38,268 bases of DNA from Candidatus Bathyarchaeota archaeon (GTDB lineage: Archaea; Thermoproteota; Bathyarchaeia; Bathyarchaeales; Bathyarchaeaceae), in contig CP070791.1 in the NCBI GenBank assembly GCA_020346825.1, forward strand, positions 1,128,887 to 1,167,154, written 5' to 3'. Made by a program: the position numbers and the translations under genes. Of the stretch, positions 17,868-27,299 are shown piece by piece. Below the pieces are notes generated by a model. It ran no database searches. It worked only from the letters and a program-made list of their open reading frames with translations, and was not told the DNA's origin. Every line of letters begins with the position of its first letter. Position 1 is the first letter of the stretch.

Positions 17868-18395
17868 ATGGCGCTGAAGCTTCTTTTTCAAACTGGATGT
17901 TCCAGAAGGGTTGTAGCCCATTGTAAAGCTGTGGCAGCCCTCGCGGTGCAAATCGCTGTAGCATGCGAGAACAAGGGATTGAGTGTCGACACCAAACTCG
18001 TTGAAATAGGCGCTCTTTTACATGATATTGGTCGCTCAAAAACTCATGGAGTTGACCACGTAGTTATTGGCGCAGAAATCAGTAGATCCTTGAACATGCC
18101 AGAAGCCGTTGTGTCCATTATTGAGCGCCATGCTGGTGGCGGCATAGCCCCTGATGAAGCTGAAAGACTCGATTGGCCAGCCAAATGTTATATTCCAAAC
18201 AGTTTGGAGGAAAAAATTGTGACTTATGCCGACAAGTTGATTGAGGGACAGCGAACGGTACCGGTTGAGCGAACTCTAAGAAAGCTTTCGAAGGAATTAG
18301 GAGAGAATCATTCGTCGGTTGTGAGAGTTAAGAACTTACATGAAGAGATTTCATCTCTAATAGGAGATTTGGATGCCAACAGCCACGTTGCTTGA
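17868..18395 (+). CDS. HD/HDIG domain phosphohydrolase (TIGR00295-like)
   Basis: Motifs present are HCKAV, LLHDIGRSKTHG, ERHAGGG and YADKL. I prefer the ATG at 17868. GTG 17841 would overlap the tfe stop. Confidence 0.85.
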   Translation: MALKLLFQTGCSRRVVAHCKAVAALAVQIAVACENKGLSVDTKLVEIGALLHDIGRSKTHGVDHVVIGAEISRSLNMPEAVVSIIERHAGGGIAPDEAERLDWPAKCYIPNSLEEKIVTYADKLIEGQRTVPVERTLRKLSKELGENHSSVVRVKNLHEEISSLIGDLDANSHVA

Positions 18396-19149
18396 AAAGG
18401 TTTATGGTTCCTTTTCTTCAGAAATCCTAGAACCTGTCTTCTCTACTCTATGTAAAGCGCTAAAAGTCAAGCTGAGAGTTGTTGGCGAAACGAATCGCGG
18501 ATGGGTTCAGATAGAAGTCTCTGGTGAAGATGAAGTTGCAGCGTTGCATTTCCTTGACCGAGAAGTTGGGTTGGCGCCTGTTTCTCTGAGAAACATAGGA
18601 AAGTTTTCTGTTGTCGGAGGCCGAGTTGTCTTCTCAGGAAAAGACGAAACGGGGCTTTATGTAGACATAGGCGTTTATTCTCCGGAAACAAAGGACGCCT
18701 TTATTCCAGTGCAAAGGCTGCAGATTCAGCTAGCTGACGGAAAAAAAGTTCCGCTTCGAAGACTGGTCGAGGTGTTTTGCCTGCAGAACAATTTGCCGCT
18801 TGACGTTAAACTTGTGCAAGATGTTGACGCGCAGAAAAGTTGGGTTGTGGCTGAACTGTCGGAAGCGCAACTCTATCAAATTGTGTCTTGGGTTCGTTTC
18901 AGTTTCGATCGGTTGATCGTCTTAGGTGCGTTTTTTCCTGATGTTGAGCGTGCCGTGAAGCTGTCAAAGCACTTTCGCGATGTAATCAGAATTGAGTCCT
19001 TAGGAACGCTTGAACAGGTTATTCTTTGCAAGTTGGGAACTGACGCTGTTGGACTCATATCGAATCTTGGACGTTTTCTTCCTGATGCCACTCTTGTTCC
19101 GTTCTCTCCAAGAAAAATTCAGCAACTTATTGGCAAACCGTTTCTCTGA
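18373..19149 (+). CDS. conserved archaeal hypothetical protein (possibly DUF2110 family)
   Basis: The 258-aa ORF starts with ATG, overlaps the upstream HD gene by 23 nt and is co-oriented with it. The family assignment comes from memory of the N-terminal pattern only. Confidence 0.6.
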   Translation: MPTATLLEKVYGSFSSEILEPVFSTLCKALKVKLRVVGETNRGWVQIEVSGEDEVAALHFLDREVGLAPVSLRNIGKFSVVGGRVVFSGKDETGLYVDIGVYSPETKDAFIPVQRLQIQLADGKKVPLRRLVEVFCLQNNLPLDVKLVQDVDAQKSWVVAELSEAQLYQIVSWVRFSFDRLIVLGAFFPDVERAVKLSKHFRDVIRIESLGTLEQVILCKLGTDAVGLISNLGRFLPDATLVPFSPRKIQQLIGKPFL

Positions 19150-19157
19150 CCAGTAAT

Positions 19158-19721
19158 TCAGGTTAGATGTAGATGTATGGTGTCATTCAGTGATATCCAG
19201 TCTACGAGTGTGCTAACGCAACCATCGCGAAGTAGGGCGATGCCAAGGCCTATGACCCCTAGTTTTTCGCAGAGAAAGCTTCCAAGTACTAGTTCTTTAA
19301 AGCAAGCAACGCCAAGAGATGCTTTTGGTTTCATTTCGAGGAAGATTTTTTTTGCTATGCTACCGCCGGGGAGGATGAAGGTTCCTTTGTATCCTAGCGT
19401 TTTTGTCAATTGGATTATCTTTCGTATATTACATTTTCCACATTCTTGGCACTTGTAGCCGTGTTCTCCCAATTCTGCTGGACACTCTTTGGACCGTAGG
19501 CATTGTGGTAGAAGTAATATCCTCTCGGTGTATGGTGTAGATGCGAATTGTTCTTTAGATGCGTTATTTTTTGTCTTCACGTAAAGTTGAAAGAGTTCTT
19601 TTTCGTCTACGCCCATCTTGGCTGCGAATTGTTCCAATTTTTGAATAGCAATACCGCTGAATTTCGATTCTGAAAGTCTTTCTATCACACGCATGACGGA
19701 ACCACTTTCTCTTCCTTTCAT
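19158..19721 (-). CDS. DUF116 domain-containing protein
   Basis: ILLLPQCLRSKECPAE...GYKCQECGKCNI...LGYKGTFILPGGS...GVACFKEL is the Cys-rich DUF116/COG1852 pattern. Confidence 0.75.
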   Translation of the reverse strand: MKGRESGSVMRVIERLSESKFSGIAIQKLEQFAAKMGVDEKELFQLYVKTKNNASKEQFASTPYTERILLLPQCLRSKECPAELGEHGYKCQECGKCNIRKIIQLTKTLGYKGTFILPGGSIAKKIFLEMKPKASLGVACFKELVLGSFLCEKLGVIGLGIALLRDGCVSTLVDWISLNDTIHLHLT

Positions 19722-19820
19722 ATGTTCTCGGCGTCTCCAGTCGCTGATCTTCAGTCCAACTTTTTATGTTGATCCTCTACCTCTTTTCGTTGGTTCGATA
19801 TAAATGTTAAGTGAAGATTG

Positions 19821-19898
19821 TGGTGGGCCGGGCAGGACTTGAACCTGCGACCTCAGCCTCGTAAGGGCTGCGTCCTAACCGAGCTAGACTACCGGCCC
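19821..19898 (-). tRNA. tRNA-Val(UAC), CCA encoded
   Basis: Hand-folded. The acceptor is GGGCCGG/CCGGCCC, the anticodon arm is CAGCC-CUUACGA-GGCUG, and the T arm is GCAGG-TTCAAGT-CCTGC, followed by A-CCA. A TATA-like TTTTATAAAT lies at 19926-19935, upstream in the gene's sense. Confidence 0.92.
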
Positions 19899-20103
19899 AT
19901 TGTCCAAAAATTATGGTATCAGATGTTTTATAAATGGTGCGTGCAACTCGCGTTCGCGGTTTCGAAGAAGTTCTTTGATGCGCGCGCTTCTCTTCAATTT
20001 GTTACTGAAAAAGAGACCTCCTTCTTCTCCAAGATCCATAAATGCGTCTATAACACTTACATGCGTGGACGTCCAAAAAAAGCGAATCACAAACTCGAGG
20101 ATA

Positions 20104-20847
20104 TTAATGCGATCTCGTTTTCCCTTCCGCAAACGCGCAAGCAGCAATCCTGCAGGCGTAGCAAATTCTTTCATGATCCCACTGAGATAGAGATATCCGC
20201 GCAAACAGCCAAAAAAGAATTAGAGCTACTAAAAACAGGTCAATTATTAGACTCTGAACCAGATTGTCGCCTCCAACCAAGACCAAAAAAGTGCCTAAAA
20301 CGAAGAAGGTGTTAAGAAACAAACGGATAAAACGTCTAAACTCAAACTGGAGCAGACCAAGACCAACTCCCACTGCTCCAGTCCAAACCATTAATGAGCT
20401 ACTCTGTTCAAACCCCAAGTCACCAAAGAAATAGAGAAGGGCACCAACAAGGGCCAAAAATCCTCCCAAAAACAACCCTGTGCAAGCGGCACAAAATATC
20501 CGGTCTCCTATTCTAAAAACGTGACCAGCGTAGTGTTCGCACGGAGGATGGTGCCCTTTCAAAGAGGAGGAAGCCCCGTGGGAAGACAAGCTACTGTGGT
20601 AGGGACGCTTGCTTTTCCCTCCCTTTCCGAAATCGAAAACCCGCGAACATTTTGTTGGGAAAAATACAGCTAAAATACCAAAAATGCAAAGTATTCCAAA
20701 AATAGAGCCAATCAAAGGTTTTCGCCAAGAAAGAGTTTCCTGCACATTTGGTGGATAAAGAGTGAACATTCCTGCAAGAAGTATTCCGAGAAACGACACA
20801 ATAAGTAGATATGTTACGTTGGAGGTGCGAGAGAAGCTCTGGAACAC
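20104..20847 (-). CDS. polytopic membrane protein, DUF2085-like
   Basis: There are about 6 hydrophobic segments. HHPPCEHYAGHVFRIGDRIFCAACTGLFLGG resembles the CHQ..R.F....CARCTG motif of DUF2085. The C-terminal tail is Cys-rich (ICYACRIAACAF). It starts with GTG. Confidence 0.65.
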   Translation of the reverse strand: MFQSFSRTSNVTYLLIVSFLGILLAGMFTLYPPNVQETLSWRKPLIGSIFGILCIFGILAVFFPTKCSRVFDFGKGGKSKRPYHSSLSSHGASSSLKGHHPPCEHYAGHVFRIGDRIFCAACTGLFLGGFLALVGALLYFFGDLGFEQSSSLMVWTGAVGVGLGLLQFEFRRFIRLFLNTFFVLGTFLVLVGGDNLVQSLIIDLFLVALILFWLFARISLSQWDHERICYACRIAACAFAEGKTRSH

Positions 20848-20925
20848 GATCAGGCACTTCCTAAAACACTGTTTTAAACGGGTTTGCGATATATTGAGTA
20901 GACAGACACCAATAGACTTTTCTCC

Positions 20926-21200
20926 TTAATTTATTTCTTGAGAAGAGTCCTTAATTCTTCTACTCCAAGAGGCGAAAAAACGGTTGTAATACTCGTAAAG
21001 CTCCTCCTGCACCTCTTCTCTCAGAAGTGAGTCTGTAGGCGTTATGGCGTGAACCATGTCATAATTCACCCAATTCCAATCTTCTATCCACCCATTTTGC
21101 TTAGCTTCCTCAAATACCTCGGTTCATGTACGCATTCGATTAAAAGCACCTTCGCTTGCGCTACAACCCCCAAGGATTTCCCATTATCCACCTTGCTTCT
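20926..21200 (-). pseudogene. decayed 3' remnant of a B12-type radical SAM gene
   Basis: A minus-strand frame ending at TAA (20926-20928) reads TEVFEEAKQNGWIEDWNWVNYDMVHAITPTDSLLREEVQEELYEYYNRFFASW. This parallels the C-terminus of the intact radical SAM protein at 11081-12508 (IWNDLVAKGLIDEERYWETGV...PYEEVRSLVYKYFQAFY). Upstream it continues only in another frame (...VLLIECVHEPRYL) and is then closed by stops. No start or CxxxCxxC region remains. Confidence 0.4.
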
Positions 21201-21340
21201 TCGGGCTGATTACATTTTCGTTCACCTATCGAGCGCGTGCGACATATGGCTGTTGCTTGTTGCTGAAACCCTTTGTAAAGCCTGAAGCGGCACCACAAAA
21301 ACCTGTGAACGAGACCAGAAGGCCAATGGCTTTGGGAAGT

Positions 21341-21622
21341 TTATTTCTTGGTGCCCACTATTGTCAATCTCTGTTGCCCAGAACCAGTTAACTTCCAAAT
21401 GTATGGTCGTTTGCCCTTGCAGGTGAGGATGTTTTCAGCCTCAAGCAGATGAAGGTGATGGAGAACAGACGCATATTTTAGACCGGTTTCCTGCGCAACT
21501 TCTTTTGCATTAGAAGCGTTCTTCTCAAGAATCAAGATTGTTTGCGTTCTAGCCAACAATCCCCTTTGAACATTTCTCTTCAACGTCAAAAAAGCCTTAG
21601 GATGATAGGGCACCTTAAACAT
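21341..21622 (-). CDS. ArsR-family winged-helix transcriptional regulator
   Basis: The HTH region is RTQTILILEKNASNAKEVAQETGLKYASVLHHLHLLEAENILTCKGKRPYIWKLT. I prefer the ATG at 21622; the track uses a TTG at 21631. Confidence 0.8.
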   Translation of the reverse strand: MFKVPYHPKAFLTLKRNVQRGLLARTQTILILEKNASNAKEVAQETGLKYASVLHHLHLLEAENILTCKGKRPYIWKLTGSGQQRLTIVGTKK

Positions 21623-21674
21623 GATCCTCAAAATAAAGTAAACTTTAACACAAAAAAGGTTTCCAGTAGTGCTG

Positions 21675-24600
21675 TTAAGCGACGAATTTTGTGAGGCTAA
21701 TTTGTTTAGGTTTGTTACCTTCGAACAAGGATCGTATTTCTTCTTCGACTAGGAAAAGTCGTTGAGTATAATAGTCGGAGAGACCATATTTTTGAACTAT
21801 TTGGTGTGCTGCTTCTAGATACTTTTCAATTCCTCCACGGTACACAGTTAGGACCACTGCGCCTCCACAACCAGGACACTTTCCGAGGAGCGGCGGGCGT
21901 CTAAACCGTCTGTTGCAAGATTTACATCTAAAGTTTTGGGTGGTGAAAGCTCTTAGGTTTCCCGCGATGTCACGGATAAAATGTGTCGTCAGAACTTTTT
22001 TCGCAACCATCTCCGCGTCGACAGCTTCAATCTTTTCCGCCAACTCAAGTTGACTATGCAACTTTTTAACCATCCGCCCCAGTCTCTTATACACACTCTC
22101 TTCATTACCAATATTGATGTCAGAAACGGGAATTGTATACTTGAACCCTTGAAACTGTGCTGCGGTGTTCAATCGATGTTCAATAAGGTCTATGAGTTCA
22201 CTCACTTTCTGCGGGGACTCTTTGTGCTCAGTTCTTTCATAGAAGGCGGATGGATATTTTGCTGCAACATCAACTTCATGAGCTTGTCGCTGCACTTCTA
22301 GTGGATTCACAACCGGAATTATGAACAACGGGGCATCCATTATTCCCCCTATCTGAGCAGGTAAATAGGCTTTAGAGAAGTTTAAGATCGCGTCCAAAGT
22401 GAGTATTAGAGAGTCCTCGTCACCATCACAGTCTCTACGCTTTGCTGAATGCCATAATGGATGAGCATAACAAACGTTCAAGCGAGTGAAGCCAATGATC
22501 CTCCCGAGGATGCCTACGGAGGTGTGTGGTGCCAAACCTACCACTAGATGCCCGATCAAGTCATCGGCGCGTTTAATGTTGTAATATGACGAAAGCCCAT
22601 ACGCTTTTTCTAGGAGTTCATCTAGGAAGTTGGCAACGCGAACGAAGTATTCTGCGCTCTTCAGCGGGATAATCACGTCTTGCACTTTAAGCTCACATAG
22701 CTGGTGGGCGCCAGACAATTTGTTTCCATTGCAATCGTAGCGGTAGCCAAGTTGCCGAAGATTTTCTACAGGCACACCAATTTCTGCAGCCATAAAATGC
22801 GTCAAAGGAGTGTTTGTAATATCGAACCGCATTGTTCCGTCCTTGAAAACAGACAAGTCGTGTTTCGCTCGCAGAATTCCCTTTTCAAGGATTTCAGGTG
22901 TTTTTGTTTCGTTCGTCAGACCCTTTACACCCTTCACTAGTTCGGGGATGGGAAGGTTCAGCTTCTTGCAGGCTTCATTCATCATCTCTTTAAGATCAAC
23001 TGATTGTTTGTTGTAGCTCCTTGTTGGAATCCTGCAAACGGGACAGAAAACGTCTTTTAGACGTCTTTTGCATTGGGGACAAAAATGTTCTACCAACGTG
23101 TCTGTTCCACATTTGAGACATTTCGTTCTGTAGGATGTTTCGTTACATTCTGAACAACGACGACTAGCGAGGTCAATATCGATTGTGGCACTGTTCAATG
23201 CTTCAGTAAGGTTTCGTCGAGAACCTCCTGCGAGCCCAATGGGGAAGAGGACGTGAACAAGTGGCCTCATCTCTCGCCTTTTCGCCTTTTCTGGGCGCCC
23301 CATTCTGGCGCCGATAAAGGTGGGAGCCTTTTTTCGCATAGGAATGCCTGTGAGGTTCTGAATGATTTCAAAGGCGTTTTTTGAGTGGACTATCTTTGTT
23401 TTAGTGGTGGGCGGTCCAAGACTATAAGCTAAAACATACGCCTCATCGTTTCTTATCCTAATTTTGTTTTCGCTGACTTCATGTGGAATACAAATCCTTT
23501 CAAGTATCTCTTTTACCGCCTCGTTATATACGCCAGTTATTTCTTGATCAATGTTGGCTTTCTTTTGCCTTTCGGAATTCAAAACCCATTTCCTTAACAT
23601 ATTAAATTCTTTACCCGAAACATTGCGCCAAAAAAAGGTGAAAGAAGGGTGAAGAGGTATCTTAAGCGCTAAAGATAATGCTATTGCCTCTTTGGCGCTC
23701 GGCTTGTTTTTGAAGGGATTCTTTAGGAAATCGTCAAGACGAGCTGTACAAATTTTGACGGTTGCCGCCGCCTTTTCTAGACTACCATGAAAAGCCTGTT
23801 TGATGAGCGATTGAAGCTCTTCACGCCACCATTCCTCAGTGTACCCGGAAGGAAGGAGAGGTTTATTATTATATAGAAAGTCGCCGAATCCGATGAGAAT
23901 GTCTCCAAGAAATAGAATTTTTTCAATTCGGTTTCTTATTTCTTTGAAGTTTTGAAGCGTGACACGAACAACGGATCCGTTTCTTAATCGTACAATCGGG
24001 GGTTCTATCGCGTCTACAGGAACAACAACCCCGGCTTTTCCGGGTCCTTCGATGCGAATCTGTGTTCCTGCGGCGAGAAAATTTTGGAGAACCATCATAG
24101 TCACCGGGTGTATGCCCACTGCTGCAAGGCCGGTATTCCTGGCTCTTCCATAGCGAAGCCTGAAGCCTCCTTGCCTTGACGGAAACGAAAAAATAGGACG
24201 GCCAGCTATGACGTCTTCCATAAAACCGGCCGTCTTCTTTTTCTCGATTTCTCTTATTTGCCTCAACCAACCCCATCCCTCGATTCCCAGTTTCTCGACG
24301 ATCGTCCAAACTTTTGCGGAGCGTCCTACAACTCCGTCATTTACAACTCGAAGAGCTCCGCCTCGAATTCTGTTTGTTTCAATTCGCGGAAGGTTGCGGA
24401 AGGATGAAACTTCAATTGGGTCGGACTCGGTGCCAGTGACTTCCACAGGAATAAATTGAATAGCTCTTTTCAATTCCTCGTCTGAAACATGATACTGGAA
24501 TCTTGCTACCGCCCGCTCGAATAGTCGTACTTCTTCTGTGAAACGTTTGATTTCCTCCTCGGTTGGCTTATAACGATCTAATCCGATCAGCCGGCGAACA

Positions 24601-25076
24601 AAATCTCCAATCACAAGGGTCAAGGCTTGTTCAGTGCCGCCTGCTGAACGTATTGGGCCAGCATAATAGATTGCCAGATATTTTGTTCGATCCGGGTTGG
24701 ATTTTATTGCTACTCGTGCCACACCTTGTAGTGGGGCCGCAGTGATTCCTTCAGTTAATATTGCGAGAGCGGTTCTTATGGCTTGCTCAGCTGCTTCACG
24801 TGCATCCATGTGCCCAAATTTTCCATAGACAATCTGCTCCGCAACTTTGAAAGCAAGCTCTTCTCGTGGTAGTTTCTTGCTTAAATCTCGTATGCTTTCG
24901 GCGACTCCGGAAGGACCTACAAGCCCCTCGACAAGCTTGGCTAAATCCTTCGCAACTTCAGGCTCAGGTCTAAGAGCCGGGTCTAGCCCGAGTGCTCTTG
25001 CTTTTCTTGCGACAGCATACAGGTTCTCTAGTTTCTTTTCTAAAATAGCCGTGTATTCTTGGTACTCTTTGCTCAT
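21675..25076 (-). CDS. polC: DNA polymerase D (Pol II) large subunit DP2
   Basis: The product is about 1133 aa. It has the N-terminal YAVARKARALGLDP, internal Cys4 clusters (CSECNETSYRTKCLKCG, CPQCKRRLKDVFCPVCR) and a C-terminal Zn module (FRCKSCNRRFRRPPLLGKCPGCGG). I prefer the ATG at 25076; the track uses a TTG at 25088. Nothing suggests an intein insertion. Confidence 0.95.
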   Translation of the reverse strand: MSKEYQEYTAILEKKLENLYAVARKARALGLDPALRPEPEVAKDLAKLVEGLVGPSGVAESIRDLSKKLPREELAFKVAEQIVYGKFGHMDAREAAEQAIRTALAILTEGITAAPLQGVARVAIKSNPDRTKYLAIYYAGPIRSAGGTEQALTLVIGDFVRRLIGLDRYKPTEEEIKRFTEEVRLFERAVARFQYHVSDEELKRAIQFIPVEVTGTESDPIEVSSFRNLPRIETNRIRGGALRVVNDGVVGRSAKVWTIVEKLGIEGWGWLRQIREIEKKKTAGFMEDVIAGRPIFSFPSRQGGFRLRYGRARNTGLAAVGIHPVTMMVLQNFLAAGTQIRIEGPGKAGVVVPVDAIEPPIVRLRNGSVVRVTLQNFKEIRNRIEKILFLGDILIGFGDFLYNNKPLLPSGYTEEWWREELQSLIKQAFHGSLEKAAATVKICTARLDDFLKNPFKNKPSAKEAIALSLALKIPLHPSFTFFWRNVSGKEFNMLRKWVLNSERQKKANIDQEITGVYNEAVKEILERICIPHEVSENKIRIRNDEAYVLAYSLGPPTTKTKIVHSKNAFEIIQNLTGIPMRKKAPTFIGARMGRPEKAKRREMRPLVHVLFPIGLAGGSRRNLTEALNSATIDIDLASRRCSECNETSYRTKCLKCGTDTLVEHFCPQCKRRLKDVFCPVCRIPTRSYNKQSVDLKEMMNEACKKLNLPIPELVKGVKGLTNETKTPEILEKGILRAKHDLSVFKDGTMRFDITNTPLTHFMAAEIGVPVENLRQLGYRYDCNGNKLSGAHQLCELKVQDVIIPLKSAEYFVRVANFLDELLEKAYGLSSYYNIKRADDLIGHLVVGLAPHTSVGILGRIIGFTRLNVCYAHPLWHSAKRRDCDGDEDSLILTLDAILNFSKAYLPAQIGGIMDAPLFIIPVVNPLEVQRQAHEVDVAAKYPSAFYERTEHKESPQKVSELIDLIEHRLNTAAQFQGFKYTIPVSDINIGNEESVYKRLGRMVKKLHSQLELAEKIEAVDAEMVAKKVLTTHFIRDIAGNLRAFTTQNFRCKSCNRRFRRPPLLGKCPGCGGAVVLTVYRGGIEKYLEAAHQIVQKYGLSDYYTQRLFLVEEEIRSLFEGNKPKQISLTKFVA

Positions 25077-25225
25077 CTCGCTGTCCAAAACCGGTCTCCT
25101 TCAATAGGATATTTGGCAGCGGATATTGAGTCTTTCTGACATAAAGCAGATAAAAAGCAAGGATGCGTTTTCGCGAGTTTAGAATGAAAGGAGAGTGGAT
25201 CCCGTTTCTGTGAGTGTTCCTTCAC

Positions 25226-25981
25226 TTATTCTACGTTTGGGTGTTTCGTGTTTTTTACCAATTCTCTGATTTTATCTGTCGCCGTGTACTCTTCTACAAT
25301 GGTGCCTGTAACAATGATGTCTGCCCCAGCGGTTGCTGCTTGTTTTACTTGTTCACCCGTTTTTATGCCTCCACCTACCACTAAACGCAGATTGGTAACG
25401 CGCTTTACACTTTGTATCATTTCGGGCGGTACTGGTTGTTTTGCGCCAGATCCCGCCTCCAAGTATACGAAACGCATTCCAAAATACTCTGCTACCAAGG
25501 CATGTGCAACAGTGAGTTCAGGTTTGTCATATGGAATAGGAATGGCCCGTCCAACGACGCTAGCTACGCGGCCTTCTCCCACGATTATATAACCTAATGG
25601 AATTGGCTCCAGATTAAATCTTTTGATGAGTGGTGCGCCCAGAACATGGGCTCCAATAATGAAGTAAGGATCTGTGGAATTTAGGAGCGACATGAACCAT
25701 ATGGCGTCGGCATATCTGCTAATACCCGTTACATTGTTGGGAAAAAGAATTACAGGAATCTCCACCGTCCTTTTTATAGCCTTTACAATCCGATCTAATC
25801 GTGAAGTGGATACAATCGTTGATCCGCCGACCATAATGGCCGCTGATTGACAGGACTCCGCTTCTTGAACTATGCGAGCTGCAGATTGAGGACTGGTCAT
25901 TTCAGGATCAACTAGAGTCATATGAAGGGTTCCTTCTTTCTGTATCTTTTCTAGAAGGTATTCTTCCACTTTACCAATCAT
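25226..25981 (-). CDS. geranylgeranylglyceryl phosphate synthase (GGGPS/PcrB family)
   Basis: Motifs are LHMTLVDPE, AIMVGGS, YLEAGSGA and VVGGGIKTGEQ. It starts at ATG 25981. Confidence 0.9.
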   Translation of the reverse strand: MIGKVEEYLLEKIQKEGTLHMTLVDPEMTSPQSAARIVQEAESCQSAAIMVGGSTIVSTSRLDRIVKAIKRTVEIPVILFPNNVTGISRYADAIWFMSLLNSTDPYFIIGAHVLGAPLIKRFNLEPIPLGYIIVGEGRVASVVGRAIPIPYDKPELTVAHALVAEYFGMRFVYLEAGSGAKQPVPPEMIQSVKRVTNLRLVVGGGIKTGEQVKQAATAGADIIVTGTIVEEYTATDKIRELVKNTKHPNVE

Positions 25982-25992
25982 ACAGAGTCCCA

Positions 25993-26235
25993 CTAGACGT
26001 TAGTTGCGCCCGAATAGAATTTGTCTGTGAATTGACAGTATATGTCGATCTCTTGGAAGGCGGGGCGGACAGACAGTTCATCCGTTAAGCCGCAACTTCC
26101 ACATCGCACCCTTGCGTTGTCTTCACCTGGCCGCAGCTCAACCCTGATAGCTTCTTTACCACATTTAGGGCACAGGTAAACCTTGGGCAACTTCGCTTTA
26201 GGGATCCGAACAACCTTTCTTCGTCTTCTACCCAT
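25993..26235 (-). CDS. elf1: Elf1-like transcription elongation factor (zinc ribbon)
   Basis: The 80-aa product reads [29 protein letters not shown]...VRCGSCGL...[14 protein letters not shown] basic N-terminus, a C4 ribbon and the (D/E)(V/I)Y..(W/F)(I/T)D tail match eukaryotic and TACK Elf1. Confidence 0.8.
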   Translation of the reverse strand: MGRRRRKVVRIPKAKLPKVYLCPKCGKEAIRVELRPGEDNARVRCGSCGLTDELSVRPAFQEIDIYCQFTDKFYSGATNV

Positions 26236-26403
26236 ATCAAAGTCCCCAGTACTAGTGTAAAACCTTAAGCTACTACTAAATTACCCGTGTCCAAATACAG
26301 CTTAATGGCTTAAATATTTGTCTTAGAAGCCGGACTTTACGAGATTAAAATGAATGGAAAAACACGACTTATTAAAAAGGAGACGCGATAGTAGAAATGC
26401 AAG

Positions 26404-27255
26404 GTGTACACATTGAAGATAACGCCTAGCGTTCTGAAATTGGATTTGCCACTGGTTGAAAATAGAATTGAGGGGTTCATTAAAGATTACGTAGAAAAAT
26501 GTGGGACCGAGGGAGTGGTCTTAGGTGCATCCGGTGGACTTGACAGCTCAACAACGCTGGCTCTCGCCTCTCTTTCTTTAGGAGGCGACAGAGTGCTGGG
26601 CATTGCGATGCCCGAGCAGGAAACACACAACGCCACAGATATTCAACACGCAAAACTTCTTGCAGAAGAATTTGGCTTCAATATCCAAGTCGTTGACATC
26701 TCGTCAACGCTAAAAACGTTCTTCCACACGCTCCCAATTTACGATGCCACAAACAAACTTAGTAAAGGTAACGTAAAGGCGAGAATTAGAATGGTTTATC
26801 TCTACTATTATGCCAACAAACTTAACAGACTGGTGTGTGGCACCTCCGACAAATCTGAAACCATGATGGGTTACTTCACAAAGTGGGGAGACGGGGCTGC
26901 CGACATTTCACCCATCATGGATCTTTACAAGACCCAAGTTATGCAACTAGCTTCACATGTAGGTGTTCCAACCGGAATTGTGACGAAGCCGCCCTCTCCT
27001 AGGCTTTGGCCGAACCAGCTAGCGGAAAAAGAGTTAGGTATCAAGTATGAGATTCTAGATTTGATTCTGTTCGGCTTGGAACATTTTATGAAGCCTCAGG
27101 AAATCTCCGGGCAACTAAATCTGCCTATGGCCTTGGTTGAAGCCGTTAAGAGCCGGTGGCTAGCCTCAGAACACAAAAGGCAACCACCCTTAACAACAAA
27201 ACTTGGATTCAGAACCGTTGGAAAAGACTTTAGAGTTCCCCGGGGACTACACTAA
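26404..27255 (+). CDS. nadE: NAD+ synthetase, single-domain (PP-loop ATP pyrophosphatase)
   Basis: Motifs are GASGGLDSS, GTSDKSETMMGYFTKWGDG and SPRLWPNQ. It starts with GTG. Confidence 0.92.
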   Translation: MYTLKITPSVLKLDLPLVENRIEGFIKDYVEKCGTEGVVLGASGGLDSSTTLALASLSLGGDRVLGIAMPEQETHNATDIQHAKLLAEEFGFNIQVVDISSTLKTFFHTLPIYDATNKLSKGNVKARIRMVYLYYYANKLNRLVCGTSDKSETMMGYFTKWGDGAADISPIMDLYKTQVMQLASHVGVPTGIVTKPPSPRLWPNQLAEKELGIKYEILDLILFGLEHFMKPQEISGQLNLPMALVEAVKSRWLASEHKRQPPLTTKLGFRTVGKDFRVPRGLH

Positions 27256-27299
27256 ATCTAACAAAACTCCCCACAATTATGGGTTTGTAGAGGAACTGT

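Noticed and set aside
19818-20315. Plus-strand ORFs of 165 aa and 96 aa
   Set aside because: They start inside tRNA-Val and run antisense to the DUF2085-like membrane gene. They have odd composition and no motifs.
21675-25088. Intein or split in the PolD large subunit
   Set aside because: It is a single uninterrupted ORF of about 1130 aa. I saw no Hint-block-like insertion or internal homing-endonuclease motifs, and the length fits intein-free DP2.
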